A DNA stretch of 64,000 nt, taken from assembly GCA_051294375.1 (NCBI GenBank), contig CM119271.1:10345427-10409426 (forward strand). The letters are read 5' to 3'. The notes under the pieces were generated by a model that saw only the letters and a program-made list of their open reading frames with translations, had not been told where the DNA came from and did no database searches. This stretch comes from Paraspadella gotoi (lineage: Eukaryota > Animalia > Chaetognatha). How positions within the stretch are numbered: the first letter of the stretch is position 1; every line of letters starts with the position of its first letter. The translations under genes were made by a program, and so were the position numbers. Positions 39,851-53,236 of the stretch are shown here, one piece after another.

Positions 39851-42800
39851 AATACTGAAAGAGTAAAGACTAATCTAAACAAAAACAAAAAACAAAACAA
39901 AACAATAATAACCAGTTTACTGATGCATTTAAATTGACCAGGGACCATGACTAGATTATAACGGCGGCCATGACGAGAATTTATCGATTCTTGTCTGGAT
40001 TCGGAATTCGTTGGGAAATAGAATGGATGGATGGATGGATTGATGGATAAGAGGACGGATGGACGGACGGAACAGATAGACGGAGGGAAATATCGATGAA
40101 TCCGTGAGAAAGGCATTATCTGGTTCTGAGTGAGGATTGAAAAAAAACTGGACTGGGATTTACGGTACCGAACGTCGATCACCAGTACAATATACAAAAG
40201 CAGAAACAACGAGAAAGTTTAGATGAGATAAAATAAATGAATTAATAATAAAATATCCTGAATCCTGAAATACTATGAAAGATCCAAGCCAAGGTATTTC
40301 CGAATAAAAAAAAGGAATAATTCTATTCGTGACGGAGAGAATTTGTTTTTGTTACAAAATTGAACACGCGTTTCGTAACGCTTCTTTCCTTTGGAAGAAA
40401 TTGCTGGAAAACGAACGATCACGACGACGATTTCCGACGACAAAGAATATAACTCCACCGACGAAAAACTGCGATGCGCAGGGATATTATCATTTTCTTT
40501 TTACAATGTTTAGAAGGATATAAAACCCGCCATTGCAGACTTTTTTTTCTTTTATTCTTATCTCTTTCTTATGTTTTTTTTTTAAATTCTTTCTTTTTCG
40601 TGCCGACTGACGTTGTGGTCTTCCGCCTTCGCGTCGTCGTCCTCGTCTGATCTCGTAGTCGTTATCGTCGTCGTCGTCGTCGTCGACGTCGTCGTCTTCG
40701 CGCGCGCGCCGCGGCTCGCGTTTTCGGCTTCCGCGCACCATTAGGATGTGCCAAATCGGTGAAAATACCATTTCGGAAACGATTTCTTTATCTCAGATCT
40801 CAAAAAATATTGATAATACGTCAGACTGTTAAATTCTTTTTTTAGTAACGGATGGTGATCAACATGTTAATATATTTACAAATAATTTTATTTTTTATTC
40901 ATTGAAAGTGTGCTCAACTACATCATGATGACATCCTGTAATGAAAAAGATAACTATAAACTGAATAGTCCTTGAATTAAAATCATATTACATTAACCAC
41001 ATTTTAATTAAATAGAATTAAATGAACAAGAAAATAATCGTTATAATTTGTAAGTCTGTGACAGTGATGGTTTTCGCAACGACACACTCTAGCGCACCAC
41101 GTCAATGACGACGACTGCAGCGTCGATGGCGACGACTTCCGGTTTTAGCGTCAAGTACTAGAAGCCGGTGACCGTCGGGTCGCCCCCCTTAACTCGACAA
41201 CCTGGGAAGCGCCATTATCTTTTTCTCATTCTCTCTCTCTCATTTTCTCTTTTCACTTTCACTCACACTCTCTCTCGGTCCCTCGCGCCTTGCCTTTTAT
41301 GTTTCCTTTCCCTTGATCACGCGTTAATTGCGTTGTACTCGCTTTGATCTCTGTGATGTGAATAGAATCCGTAATCCGCGCGGTGTATAAGCACAATTAT
41401 GAGCGCGAAAAATAGGTTTGAGATAAGTCAGCCAATAAACAACATAAAATTTACGAAAATTCTCTAGGACTATTTATATTTTCTATACTCCAGCTGGAGT
41501 ATGAGTTAAAGTTAAAGCTATAAAATTAAAAAAGGACCTCCTTTTAACTATTTATCTTTTGCCATACCGTCGCCAAGCTACCTCTTTATTTGTCCGCCAC
41601 TGGTTTTTACAAGATTTTATTTTTATAATTGGTTTTTTCAGACTACGTAAAACAGAGAACTAGAAGTAGAACTGTAGAAAGCCGAATGGGTGATAAATGA
41701 AGTTGAAAGAAAAGGGATAATGCTATGAAAAAATAATAGAAAAAAGGAAATTGTGTAACAAGATGAATAAAAGGAAAAGCCATAAAGAAAAAGTACAGAG
41801 AAAAGGACGAGGCGAGAAAAAAAAACGTGAATGAAAGATGAAATGGAAATTGGAAAAAGATAACGGAGGTTTAAGGTCCGAAAGGCAATCCATGACATGA
41901 GGGGGTAAAAAGGAGGAAGAGAGAAGGAAGGAAAGAAAAGAAAATCTGAAAAAGGGAAAACAAAAAATAATCTTAAAAATATAGTTTTAGTAGAAAAATG
42001 TAACCAATTTTCTAGCCCGAACTAGTTTCCTACTACATCACAGTAATCATTATTAACCAGCTTTCCCTGTACAATTCACAAAATTCAATCCTTTCCAATC
42101 AATAACCATGTTAAGTCCTCATTTCTTTTTAGTACAACGCCATCCTCGGTCATTCACCCTCATTTCCGTTTCCAATCGCGGCCCCAGGAGACTCTCATGC
42201 AGCGACTTAGCCTCATTTTTTTTCTTCACACCTCTCTCTTCTCATCTCACAGTCCCGGGTTCCGTGATTCGTGAATCGTGAATGGGTGATTCTCGCTACG
42301 AGTCGAACAAAAGAACTCACCCGACTTTACTCTTTTTCCCGCCAGAGTTTTCCGTCCTCCTCCCTCGCAAGCCTGAAAAAAATTCCAACTTGCCAAAAAG
42401 GAAAATCTGGCTAAATTTTTTTTTTAGATATTGCTTAAGATTTTTATTGATATATTATTATTAAGTATAATGTTCCGTAAAGGGAATTAAAATTGTTTTC
42501 GTAGGCAATGCTGTTTGTCAGATCCTTGAATACCAATACCAAAACTTTCAAACAGCTGTTTGAAGGACCTGCCCAGTTTCCCCTTTAGTTCGGATGTTGG
42601 AACGGCGTTTTAACTATCTGTATTACGTTCCTTCGCAAAATGCAATTTTGTAGTGCTTTTCGATGCTGGAAAGAAACGTCAATTCTTGGTCAACGAGGTT
42701 AAAAGTTGCGACGGCGTCAAAAGTTACCCAACCACTCCGATTAAACCGGCATTAACATACATTAAGTCTAAGACAAATAATGGTTGAGTTGTTGGATCCG

Positions 42801-42859
42801 TAACTGTTTGAATTTTGCCATAAATCGTCTCTAAAAGCTTTACTTCATTTTCTAATAAG

Positions 42860-43754
42860 ATGAAAATTAATGAAAAAACGGTTCTTCGGGGACAGAAGGT
42901 TATCCTTGTGCCCTACAAGGTATGGGAATTTTAAGACAACCCGAACGTAATCAGCTCCTAACTCGGAGGAGAATGCATTTTCACACTATCCTTATCAGGA
43001 ATTCCACGTTGATAAGTATCACGAGTGGATGCTTGACGACAAGTTGCGGGCGGAAACTGCCTCCGAGAAACTTTCCATAGAGGTTCAGTTGAAGTTATTT
43101 TTCGTAATATCTGAATTTTATGCTGGATAACGATTACAAAGCTAAAAAAATAATTTTTGAAAACCAGATGAGATAAAATTCTTCGAAAAAAGGCTGTTAG
43201 TCAGAGTCATATCCCACATGTCTCAAGTAACTTTTTGGTTATTCGCATCCGCTGGACAGGAAGAGCGGGCGATGCAACGGAGTTGGCGCGAAGACGAGGA
43301 CAAATGCACCTTCATCGTTTTGGATCGGGAGACGTACGATGGCCTGGACGACGACAACGAAGAGTCTCGCCAGGTGGCGTCGATGATCGGAGACGTCAAT
43401 CTCTTCTTCCTTCGCGACGATGACGAAGAAGACCCAGACGTTGAACCCTCGAAGATCGCCGAACTCGAACTGATGATCGCGGACGAGCGATTCCGAGGTC
43501 AGCGTCGCGGCTTCGAAGCCGCCACGATAATGTTGCGCTATGGGACGGACGTCTTGAAAATCCAAAGATACCGCGCCAAGATCGGCGAAGACAACGTCCC
43601 GAGTCGGCGCCTCTTCGCCAAACTGGGATTTAAAGAGACCGCGTTCAGTTCCGTCTTTCATGAAGTGACGATGAAATTGGCGGCCACGACCGAGTTGATC
43701 GCGGATTACGAATCTCGAGTTATCGGCGGCAAATCCGTTCAGGTTTCGTCTTGA
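42860..43754 (+). CDS. NAT9: N-acetyltransferase 9 (GNAT family)
   Basis: Exons 42860-42919, 42999-43082 and 43260-43754 (GT-AG), 212 aa: MKINEKTVLRGQKVILVPYK-EFHVDKYHEWM..TASEKLSIE-EERAMQRSWREDEDKCTFIVLD..MIGDVNLF..ELELMIA. Confidence 0.93.
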
Positions 43755-43894
43755 CCCATAATCTATTTTTAGACATTTTTCTTCTTCCAGTGATAAATTT
43801 TTTTCGCGATGCGAAATTAAAAAAGAAAAAACAAAAAAAAGACTTGAACCCAATTGTTTTCGTCCGTCAACTCCCGTCGCCTTTTCGCCGGGCG

Positions 43895-44604
43895 ATGATT
43901 AAGTTGAAAAACTACAAGAAACCCGCGTCCGGCGCCGGTTCGTCGGCGGGCTCTACCTCCTCCGGCTTCGTCGGCTCGCCTCCGGCCGACGTCAACAAGC
44001 GCGTTCCCGTCCGCGACAAACTGTTGATCAAGGAGATCGAAGAGTTGGAGCGGACCACGCCCTCCTTCGTCCGCGTCCGCTTCGACGATCCCGATCGACT
44101 CCACGACTTCTGCGTCGTCGTCTCCCCCGAAGAGGGCGACTGGAGCGGAGGCCACTTTCGCTTCCACGTCCTCGTTCCCGAGGGCTACAACATCGAACCG
44201 CCCGCCGTGACTTGCCTCTCCAAACTTTGGCACCCCAACATCTCGCCAGAGGGCGAGGTCTGTTTAAGTTTACTCAGGTAGGGTTTTGGATGGAGTGACC
44301 GGGATGAAAGTAGATGAGGGGGTAGAAAACCTTTTAATTTAATATTTATTATAATCTTTAATGGGTTTTTGTAAACCCTGAACCTTCTTTCTTGCCCACC
44401 CTAAGACAAAGCAGCATCGACGGGATGGGATGGAGCCCGACCCGTCGCATCAAAGACGTGATATGGGGATTGTCTTCGCTCTTTCTCGATCTGTGCAACT
44501 TTGACGATCCGCTCAATCTGGAGGCGGCGAATCATTACGAGCGAGACAAGGACGGTTTCCGCGTCAAGGTCCGAGACTGGATCGCCAAATACGCCAGCAG
44601 ATGA
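43895..44604 (+). CDS. UBE2F: NEDD8-conjugating enzyme UBE2F
   Basis: Exons 43895-44277 and 44406-44604. Motifs [26 protein letters not shown] (catalytic Cys), [11 protein letters not shown] and NFDDPLN. Confidence 0.93.
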
Positions 44605-44610
44605 CATCGA

Positions 44611-44666
<56 letters not shown>

Positions 44667-45270
44667 CTGTCCGCCCCTTTCCCGCCACCCGAAGTCCCCG
44701 TTTTCATCTCAATCGCGTCCCAATAGTTTCCAAGGCTTAAGCGTCGGGTTTTTAAATGCTGTTTTGGGAGAAGCCACAGAAATCTCCACTTCTCAATCGG
44801 TTTTTGGTTAATTTTTTTATCAAAGGAAAAATGCGTCATAAATTATTATTCACTTTGCTTTTTCTTCACTGGACCTTTTTTTGTCGATTCGAGCAACCAA
44901 TGGCTTTTGCTGGGGTCTCTCACTATTTAGTAATGTTAAAAAATACTTTTAATACTGTATTTTGTTTAATAAAATATTAGGATGATAATATTAAATCCAC
45001 GTATACTTACATTCATCGTCGTTTAGCCACCGCATTCATCGTTGGTTTGATGAATCTTTGAATGCTCGAATTTTTTTTTTAATTGTAAGTTTTATATCGC
45101 CTCGATTTTTTTCTTTTATTTACTTAATCATAGTATAAACTTACACATTGTTTTAAGTTAAAACTCGATCTATAATTTATATATAAAGCGAGTAAGTTTC
45201 TAGTGATTTTTTTTGCTATTACTTTTTTTTCAGTCATAAGTTTTTCCCTCAGTCGCCCGACCCCTAGAAC

Positions 45271-45276
45271 ATGTAA
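45271..45276 (+). promoter_or_regulatory. Minimal start-stop uORF upstream of TIMM29
   Basis: aacATGTAA, ending 27 nt before the TIMM29 ATG and lying downstream of acceptor-like sites at 45233 and 45252. Confidence 0.4.
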
Positions 45277-45303
45277 CATTCCCTCGTTATATTTTTTTTT
45301 ACT

Positions 45304-45906
45304 ATGGGCGTCTTCCGTCGTTTGTTTTCCCGACAACGAAATAATTTGTCCAACTTTTTCCGACTTCTGGTCTCCGATTATCGCGAGGTTGGCTCCGACG
45401 TCGTCTCCACCTTCAAGACACGCCCCTTGCGCTCCTCCATCTACGCCGGTCTTCTTCTCGCCGCCGTCCACGGCCACCACTCCCGCCCGTCGGCCGAATC
45501 CTACCGCTCCGCCTTGACGGAGGCGGCGTTGGACGTCGGCCGACTGTCGCCGAGCGAGCGCAACGAGGCTGCGCGTCGCGAGGTACTTGAGCTTCTGCTG
45601 GGGGATCAGACCGGACGTCTGCGACATCTAGATCTCATTCTTTTCTCCGTCGTGTGGCGCTCGGATTTCCCCGCGCGAGACAACACCTACGAGGCCCGGT
45701 GCAAGCACCTTCGCCCGCCCGCGTCCCAGTGGCTGAGCCGCGTGGAGGACGTCGGGTGCTGGAACAGGTGGCACCGCCTTGAGCGGCTGATGGAAGATTA
45801 CGACGTCAACCCGGAAACCGTGGCCAACCTTGAAGAGGGACAGAGAAGCTGGTGGCAGGCGATCAAGACGGCCTGGCGGACGACGTTGCGGCGACAATAC
45901 ACTTGA
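45304..45906 (+). CDS. TIMM29: Mitochondrial TIM22 complex subunit Tim29
   Basis: Single-exon 200 aa ORF with DY..V, RP..S.IY, GRLRHLDL.LFS, YEARCKHLRP and DVG.WNRW..L...M.DYDVN motifs. Confidence 0.88.
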   Translation: MGVFRRLFSRQRNNLSNFFRLLVSDYREVGSDVVSTFKTRPLRSSIYAGLLLAAVHGHHSRPSAESYRSALTEAALDVGRLSPSERNEAARREVLELLLGDQTGRLRHLDLILFSVVWRSDFPARDNTYEARCKHLRPPASQWLSRVEDVGCWNRWHRLERLMEDYDVNPETVANLEEGQRSWWQAIKTAWRTTLRRQYT

Positions 45907-45929
45907 GATCGAAGGAAACGTGTCCGGGC

Positions 45930-46632
45930 ATGACCCTAAGGAACCTTTCGCGATTCGTCGTCGCGTCCTCTTCTTTCCGTCGGTCATTGACCTACGTCCA
46001 AGGACAACTAAACGAAAAGCGGCGGGAATATTTTTACTTTATCGACCACCAGGGTCAACTGTTTCTCGACGACGCTAGGATCAAGAACTTCACCTCTTGC
46101 TTCAAAGACAAAGAGTTTATCGTGTTTTTCTTCCAACGACTTCGGCGCAACGACACGGGTCATTACGAGACAGAGTTTCCTTACCTTTCACCTTGCGGTC
46201 GAGAGAGAAATTACGTCCGGTGGGTTTTGTAGTTTTAAAGCATGTCAAATGTGTAACTTATTGAGTTTATTTCTGTCTTCATCTCCTCCAACCAGTTGCG
46301 ACGACGTCCCCGTGGTGTTCACTCACTTCCTCGGAGACGACCGGCGCCGCCTCTCGTGGTCCGGCGGCGACAATCGTCTCTCTACGGAGTTCGAGCCGCG
46401 GAAGATCTGCATGTTGCCGTGGACGGGTCGAGTTTACCACCCGAGCGACGCGGTCGTCGGATGTCCGCTGGGTCTGGTCAAGTCGAGCCTGGCCATCGAA
46501 CTGTCTTCGCGGTTCGAGTTCGAAAAGGGTGAAGATCATCCGCCCACGCACTTTAACTGGGAGGGCCGAAGGCACGAGTTGACCAACGAACTCGTTGAAA
46601 TTGCCCAGGGGTTATCCCCCGAGGGTTCTTGA
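45930..46632 (+). CDS. C8orf82: UPF0598 / C8orf82-like protein
   Basis: Exons 45930-46219 and 46296-46632. YVQGQ..REYFYFIDHQGQLFLDDARIKNFTSCFKD..FPYLSPCGRERNYVR-CDDVPVVFTH..GRVYHP..GLVKSSLAIELS. The N-terminus resembles a mitochondrial presequence. Confidence 0.9.
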
Positions 46633-46824
46633 TCGTCAGTGTTTTTTTTTTATTAGATGGAGGGTGTTCAAAACTTTTTGATCGTTTCTCGTGTGTATTT
46701 GTTAGCGATGTGTTTCCACTCTTTTACTGAGTTACTTATTTGACCTGTCTTGTTATAGCTTCTTCGTAGCTATAGCTTTTTCATAGAAAGACTAGTCAGT
46801 CATCCGGACTAATTAGACTTGGAA

Positions 46825-49800
46825 ATGGCCGGGACGAAATTGTCAATTGTGGCCATAACGACGGCCTTGTTTCTCCAAACTGTGACCGTTTCCATGGCGA
46901 CGGAATGCGGAAAGGAGGACTGGTTCTATTCGTATACGGAATGCGACGCCTCGGGTTCGAGGTGGCGCGTCGCCGTCCCCAAATCGACCAAGGGCGAGCC
47001 TTGCGTGATCTTAAAGCCGCCAGTTCGGGGTAAGGCCTGCACCTTCTCATGCGAGCCCGGCACTTACCTCGCCGTCCAGGGCGACCAAGAATGCAAGAAG
47101 TGCGAGCCCGGAACTTACTCTCTCGGCGGCGGATTGCGGCTTGACGATTGGACTGAGATTCCTACCCAGCTTGTCGTCCACACGGAGCCGCTCGATCTCG
47201 GCTACGGTGACCTGATGGGAGATACGGGAAATTGCTCAAACTCTTGGATTGCGGGCGGCGCAGTTTTAGTCGGCATGCCGGGCAACTGCGCCTCCGCCAT
47301 CACGTTGACCGTGAATCTAGTCAAACCGGGAATCGTTGAATACGAGTACCAGTATCCTGACAGCAACGTCATGCTGCAGTTCAAGGCGCAAAATGATCTC
47401 TGTCAGTCCGACGAAGATACGGATTCTACGAGTTGGCCGAGTACTACCGGTGAGAAGTTTTTCTTACAATGAATGAGAGACTGAATGAATGGATACATTT
47501 TCTATGGTTCAACGTAGCAACGGCGTTAAAATTTATTATGTCTCCGGGTTCATAACTAGTTTTTCTCAATATTACTTAACATAATAATAATTATAATAAA
47601 CTCTGGGAGTGGATAAACGAGACTGAGAGAGAGTCTTGATTGAAAGCTTGCATGGACCTGCTGTGTCATTATCTTGTAAGAGTGATGGAGGCCTTAAACC
47701 ACCAAAGTCAGGGGCAAGATAGCTTATTTATTGAATGAATGGAAAATTTTTTTATTGGTTGTACCAATTTTATAGCATGTCATTAAATTGAGACATTGGA
47801 TGAAATAACTTTTACATATTTAGGCAACGAGTTCAAGAAACAAACGGTTCATTTGAAGAAAGGGTTGAACACGCTGCGATGGAAAATGATCTCCTTCAAC
47901 ATTGACCGAAAGCAGAGGTTTCAGCCAATTTATATCAAGCGAATCGAAGTCACTGGCATCGCCTTTTCTTCCTCCTGCTCTCCGTGCCCCGCTGGTACCG
48001 TTAGGTAATTGTTCTAACAAGTCATAAAATATACAAATTATCGATGAAATATTTCAACCAATTGGTTAGCATTGAAACTCCGTCAACATTCTCAGTTATG
48101 CAGGCGCGAAGGAATGTAAGCCTTGCCCTCGCAATTCCTATTCGGCTCGCCAATCTGCGACCTGCCAAGCCTGCGGCCCCAACATGTATTCCGAACCGGG
48201 CTCTAGCAAATGCGAAGATAAGCCGCCTTGCGCGGTAAAAGGTAAGTCAATAGCAAAAGTCACGACGAATCACTCTGCCTCGAATTATAATCACCAGGTT
48301 TTTATTTTCATTTTCTCTTTCATTTATTCTTCACTAGATTACTTCGCATTAAACACTCCATGCAACGATAAAAATCTAACCAAGAAGATGTACCAATGGA
48401 TCGCGCCCAAAGTTTGTCGCGACGACCTGAAAGGCTCTAAGAAATTGCCCGCTTCTGGAAATCTAGAGCCTTGCCCGCCCTGCAATCCCGGGATGGAATA
48501 TTCCGATAACAGCACCGATTGCAAGTTCTGCCCGAAAAATCACTTCTCCAACGGTCGCGACAGGTGCCAGAAATGCCCGGCCAATACGGCGCCGGCCAAC
48601 GGTTATAAGGTGAGACCTAAGAAATGGGAGGTCGGTGGGGGGAATGGCGGTTAATGCGGCGATGGATTAAACTTTTAGCTATTTATATTTAAGAGTGGCA
48701 AATAATCTCATAATTTTTATAGTTTCTGTGGTGGAACCGTATTCCTCCGCCCATAAACGTGGCGTGCCTCTCCATGGACGAGACGGGTTGCGCTTCGTCT
48801 GAAGGATGGCAGGTCGCCGGAGATCACATCCATACTGGACTCGGTCATCAGGACGACGTTTACCTGGTCATGACGCTCGACGTACCTGGTAAATGATTAC
48901 AATAATCCCAATTAGCGCAAATATAACTTCTACATAATGAACAATTGTTGATATTGAGGGAAAGGTTTCAATACATGTAATAAATGGTTTTAAATTCATT
49001 TAAAAGATTTCTTTTGATTCATTTGCAAAGGGTAAGATTAAAGATAATTCGTCTGTTTGTTTTCTTTTTAATTTCAATCGCTTCTCTCCCTCAGGCTTCC
49101 AGGCGCCCGTCAACCCTGTTCCGGGCGGCGAATTAGGCCGCATCTCTTTCGTCTTCGAACTGGACTGCGACGGGGACTGCTCCTTTTACTTCATGCGCGA
49201 CCTCAAAGTCAAGGAAACCAACATCCTGCAGACGTGGACGGGTGACACGCAGCGGCAGAGCTACACCTACGCCATCACAGATAGTAGTCCGGTCACGTTT
49301 AGTTGGGTGAGAAACATATGGATGGGGACAGGTGGAAGCAAAGTCTAGTGGGCAGGAAACCTTTTAATTGTTATGATTTAATAATTATTATTATCATCTT
49401 CTTTTTTTTTTATCAAAGGCTTTCCAAAAAACGAGCTGGACTGAGAGAGAGTCGTCGTCGTCGACCCGCTTCGGCGGCGACGTGGCGCGGATCTTCTCCA
49501 TCAACATCACCAACACCCTCGACGGTGGTGCCTCCGAATGCGTTCCCTGCCCTCGCGGGTCGAAAGGCAGCCGATGCATCCCGTGCCCGGCCGGGCACTT
49601 CATCGAACCCAACACGACCACTTGCCAGAGTTGCCCGGCGGGTACCGTCGCCGACGGCGAGCTCGGCGTCGGCTTGAACTCTTGCGTCAAATGCGGGCCG
49701 GGTTAGTTCAAGGACGAGAAATGAAGAAGATGAAAGTTGAGAAAAGGAGAAAGAGGGTCTTTGCCGAAAGTGTATAAAATGAGGACTGAGGAGAGAGAAA

Positions 49801-51641
49801 CCGTTCAAAGAATGAGAGCAAAAAGGGAATATAAAAATATTAGTGAAAAGTAAATAGATAATGAGATACCAGTGTCAAAGTAGACGAAATGAAGAAAAAC
49901 GAAGATTCATATCCGTAAAAAAAACTTTTTATTCACTTTTTTCCAGGTCTGACTAGTCACAAGGGACTCCACTGCTACGCGCCTTGCCGATACGTTCACC
50001 CCAAGACTCGTCGCACCTACGATCTCTCCTCTCTCTCCGGTTCTCACGTCGTGGAGGGTTCACGCCTCTTCACGGCCTCGGGGACTCAATACTATCACAA
50101 CTTCAACTTCACTGTCTGCGGCAATCCGGATAATCGCGTCGTCTGCTCCAACAACGTCAAAGTCACCGACACAACTCACGGCGCCACCGTCGACGCCTTC
50201 GTCTGTCGCTCCACCATCATCCCTTCCTCCAAGCATCACAACGGCCTACCAGGTTTTATATATATATATAAATAACATTAATAAACAAAAGTTTAAGCTG
50301 ACCGTCGAGGCGATTCACACGAATGGGACTCTTGATTAAAAAATCTGAGTCACGCGACCATCGAATGAATAATGAATGAGAGGGAATTCGGTCTTTCGCT
50401 AAAAAGAGAAAAAAAAAGGAAAAATTCGGATGAAAGAAAGTCGGAAGATTAATCGACTTTTGTGGTTCGACTTGTTTTATAGATGAGAATCGACTCATTT
50501 GCATTTTTTTTCCGATTCCGAAAAAGATGAAAACCGCGGACGGAAATTGAAAAACGTCAATCTCTCTCTTTCTCTCGGACGAGAAAGCTTTAATCCTCAT
50601 TACATACGGAGTTTCTCTTCTTCCCTAGGTCTCTACGCTCAGGCCGTGTCCCTCGGCGACGAGATCATCGCGTTCACCGACGCCCACTCCTTCGATGGAC
50701 TCAACATGACGAAAGAGTTCGACTCCGCCACCGACGCCCCCGGCGCCGACGCCCCAGATCTTCATTTTTATTTCCGGTCGACCGCCCCGACGTCGGCTTG
50801 TCCCGAGGGAAGGTCTACCATCGTCACTTTGAGATGCGACGCGGACGACAAGCAAGTCAAAGGTCGGTTTTCCATCCCGCCCCCACCGTTAGTCGACGTC
50901 CCGTTGACATTCCCCACGTTTTCCCCATAGGAGAGTTGTCCCTCCCTTCCAAGTGCGCCGACGGAACCTGCGACGGCTGCAACTTTGACATCCTCTGGCG
51001 CACCGGCGCCGCCTGCCCCATCTGCGCCGACGAAGACTTTACCAAGATCAAGGGCGAGTGCGTCGATTCCCAGCAAAAGATTCATTATTTGCCGCCCAAG
51101 ACTTGCAGGGTTTTGGAGGAGCGTAAAATCTATGAGGTTGGATACTAGATAGCCTTTTTGTTGATTTTCATTGTTTGCATTAGCTATTTGTTTTACTCCA
51201 TTCTCCTCTCACCAGGTGGTCCCTTGTACTGTGGTTCTTCCGATCATCCTCCAATTCGCAATCGCGGTGGGCGTGGCCGTCGCCGCCCTTCTCGCCGTCC
51301 TCGTTTACTACTACTGGTACAAGAATCGAACCCTCGAATACAAATACATGAAGCTGGTGGCGGGGGCATCGGGCGCGCCCAAGATGAACCAGGACGGGGA
51401 GATGGAGCTGCCGATGGCGGACTCCTGCGCCGTCGACTCGGACGAGGAGGACGACGAGTTCGACTCGGTCGACTTCAAGGAAGGCTCGAGGAAGAAGAAC
51501 CTCCTCAACAAACTGAGGACGATGGGAGGCGGCGGCGGAAGCGGCGGAAGCGGCGGAGGCGGATTGAGTTCTCCCAAACAATCCTATGGCTCCGACTTGG
51601 AAACGAATCTTCTCAACGAGAAATCCTTTCACGAATTGTGA
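46825..51641 (+). CDS. ELAPOR: ELAPOR1/2 (KIAA1324 family) Cys-rich type I membrane protein
   Basis: 11 GT-AG exons: 46825-47449, 47824-48004, 48096-48241, 48338-48609, 48723-48888, 49095-49306, 49419-49701, 49947-50252, 50629-50862, 50931-51136, 51216-51641. Signal peptide, YTECD..GSRWRV, GTYSLGGG, GTCDGCNF..LW....ACP, a TM helix and KNRTLEYKYMKLV..LP.ADSCA. Confidence 0.92.
47600..47770 (+). mobile_element. Short dispersed repeat family, longest copy, in ELAPOR intron 1
   Basis: Contains all the blocks seen in the other copies. Confidence 0.7.
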
Positions 51642-52772
51642 AAAACGCGTGAAAGCGAAATAAAGGGGGAGAAGGGGAAAGAGAATGACTTGGACGAGTA
51701 AACCGATTTTATTATTATTTTTTTTTTTTTTTTTTAAATTGGCTCGTGAATTTTAATTTCGCCTTGGATTTCAATCACAAAAGAGCGACGCAACGTTCGG
51801 TCGTAGAGACTAAAAACTTACGTCTAAATAAGGGAAAGATCTGCTTTACATTAACTTTTTTGCGTTGGGGCTTGTTTAATTAATATTCTGGTGCAATTTT
51901 AAATGGATGTATATTAATTAATACATAATATGAATTATGATAACTTATAATAGATTAGACGATGTTACTGATAGAGAGAGGAGCAACAGTTTGTTAGAAT
52001 CAAAAATTACAAATTCTAAGTCTGCTCAATTGTGACGCTTTTTATTTTATTTTTTTTATTAGTTTACGTTTAATAATCTGTTGATTTACCTTCACAGTAT
52101 TGTAACAGAGATAAACGTTTTTTTAAATATTCGAGTTTAACGGCTTGGGTTGTGTTGTACGGTAGTGGTTTGCCAGTTCTTTTCTTTTTACACATTCTTA
52201 GGCAAAAGTTGGTAACGACACGATGCCTCAATGCCTTATTCATTCCCTTTTTGTAAACTGTTCCCCTCAGATTTATCAAATCCCTTATTTTTCTTACTTG
52301 AAACAACTAAATTTTATATTATGGTCTTTTTTTTTTCAACTTGTATATTCACTGATTACATCTCTTAGTCAGTTAGTTCGCTCGGGTGTGGATAATCAAA
52401 ATTGCTTCATCTCATTTTATTTTTGTTCACTTTTAGTTTTGCCAATGTATTAACTTTATATGTTGATCGGGATATAATCGATTTTAATCTAGTGTACTTT
52501 AATGATCTCAAATTTAGTTTTGTACTTTCTGGTGACGGATCTGAAATCATGGCAAAATCTCTTTTCTATTTTTGGTGGATGGTGTTTTTTGTTTTTTTTT
52601 TTTTGTACTTACACGCATTCCTATTTTCAAGTTTATTTGTCGTACCGAAATTAACTTTTATATTAATTTCAGAGTCATATATCTTCGCTGGATGGGAATC
52701 GTCTGAAATCCGTTCTCTTTTGGCCTGATATCGTGTATTTTTTCTTGGTCCCCTCCCAAAGTGTGATAAACG

Positions 52773-53236
52773 ATGTTGAAGCCTAAAGCCTTGACTCAAG
52801 TCCTGTCCCAAGCCAACACGGGCGGCGTCCAGAGCACGCTCCTTCTTAACAACGAGGGGGCGTTGCTCGCTTATTCCGGCTACGGCGACACCAGCGCCAG
52901 AATCAGCGCCGCCATCGCCTCGAACATTTGGTCCGCCTTCGAAAAGAACGGCAAGGCCGCCTTCAACGAGGACGGTTTGAGGTTAGCCCATATTGTATTG
53001 TTAAATAAACATAATTAGTTAACCATTTTTGTAAGTACTATATTTTTTATATTTTCTTTTATTTCAGAGTCATTCTGATGGATTGTAGCGAAGGCAAAGT
53101 TGGCATCACCCGCGTCGCGAATCTTTTGCTCTGCATCTACGCCAAAGAAAACGTCGGGTTCGGAATGATCAAAGCCAAACTAGAGGCGTTGGCCGACTAT
53201 CTGGACGAGCCGTTGCAAAAGGTCGCCACGTCGTAG
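52773..53236 (+). CDS. LAMTOR2: Ragulator complex subunit LAMTOR2 (p14)
   Basis: Exons 52773-52981 and 53068-53236. [66 protein letters not shown]. Confidence 0.96.

Noticed and set aside
39257-41200. GAC/GAT-rich patches with acidic ORFs (also 11184-11501 and 12526-12844)
   Set aside because: Trinucleotide-repeat composition with no family motif or consistent splice structure.
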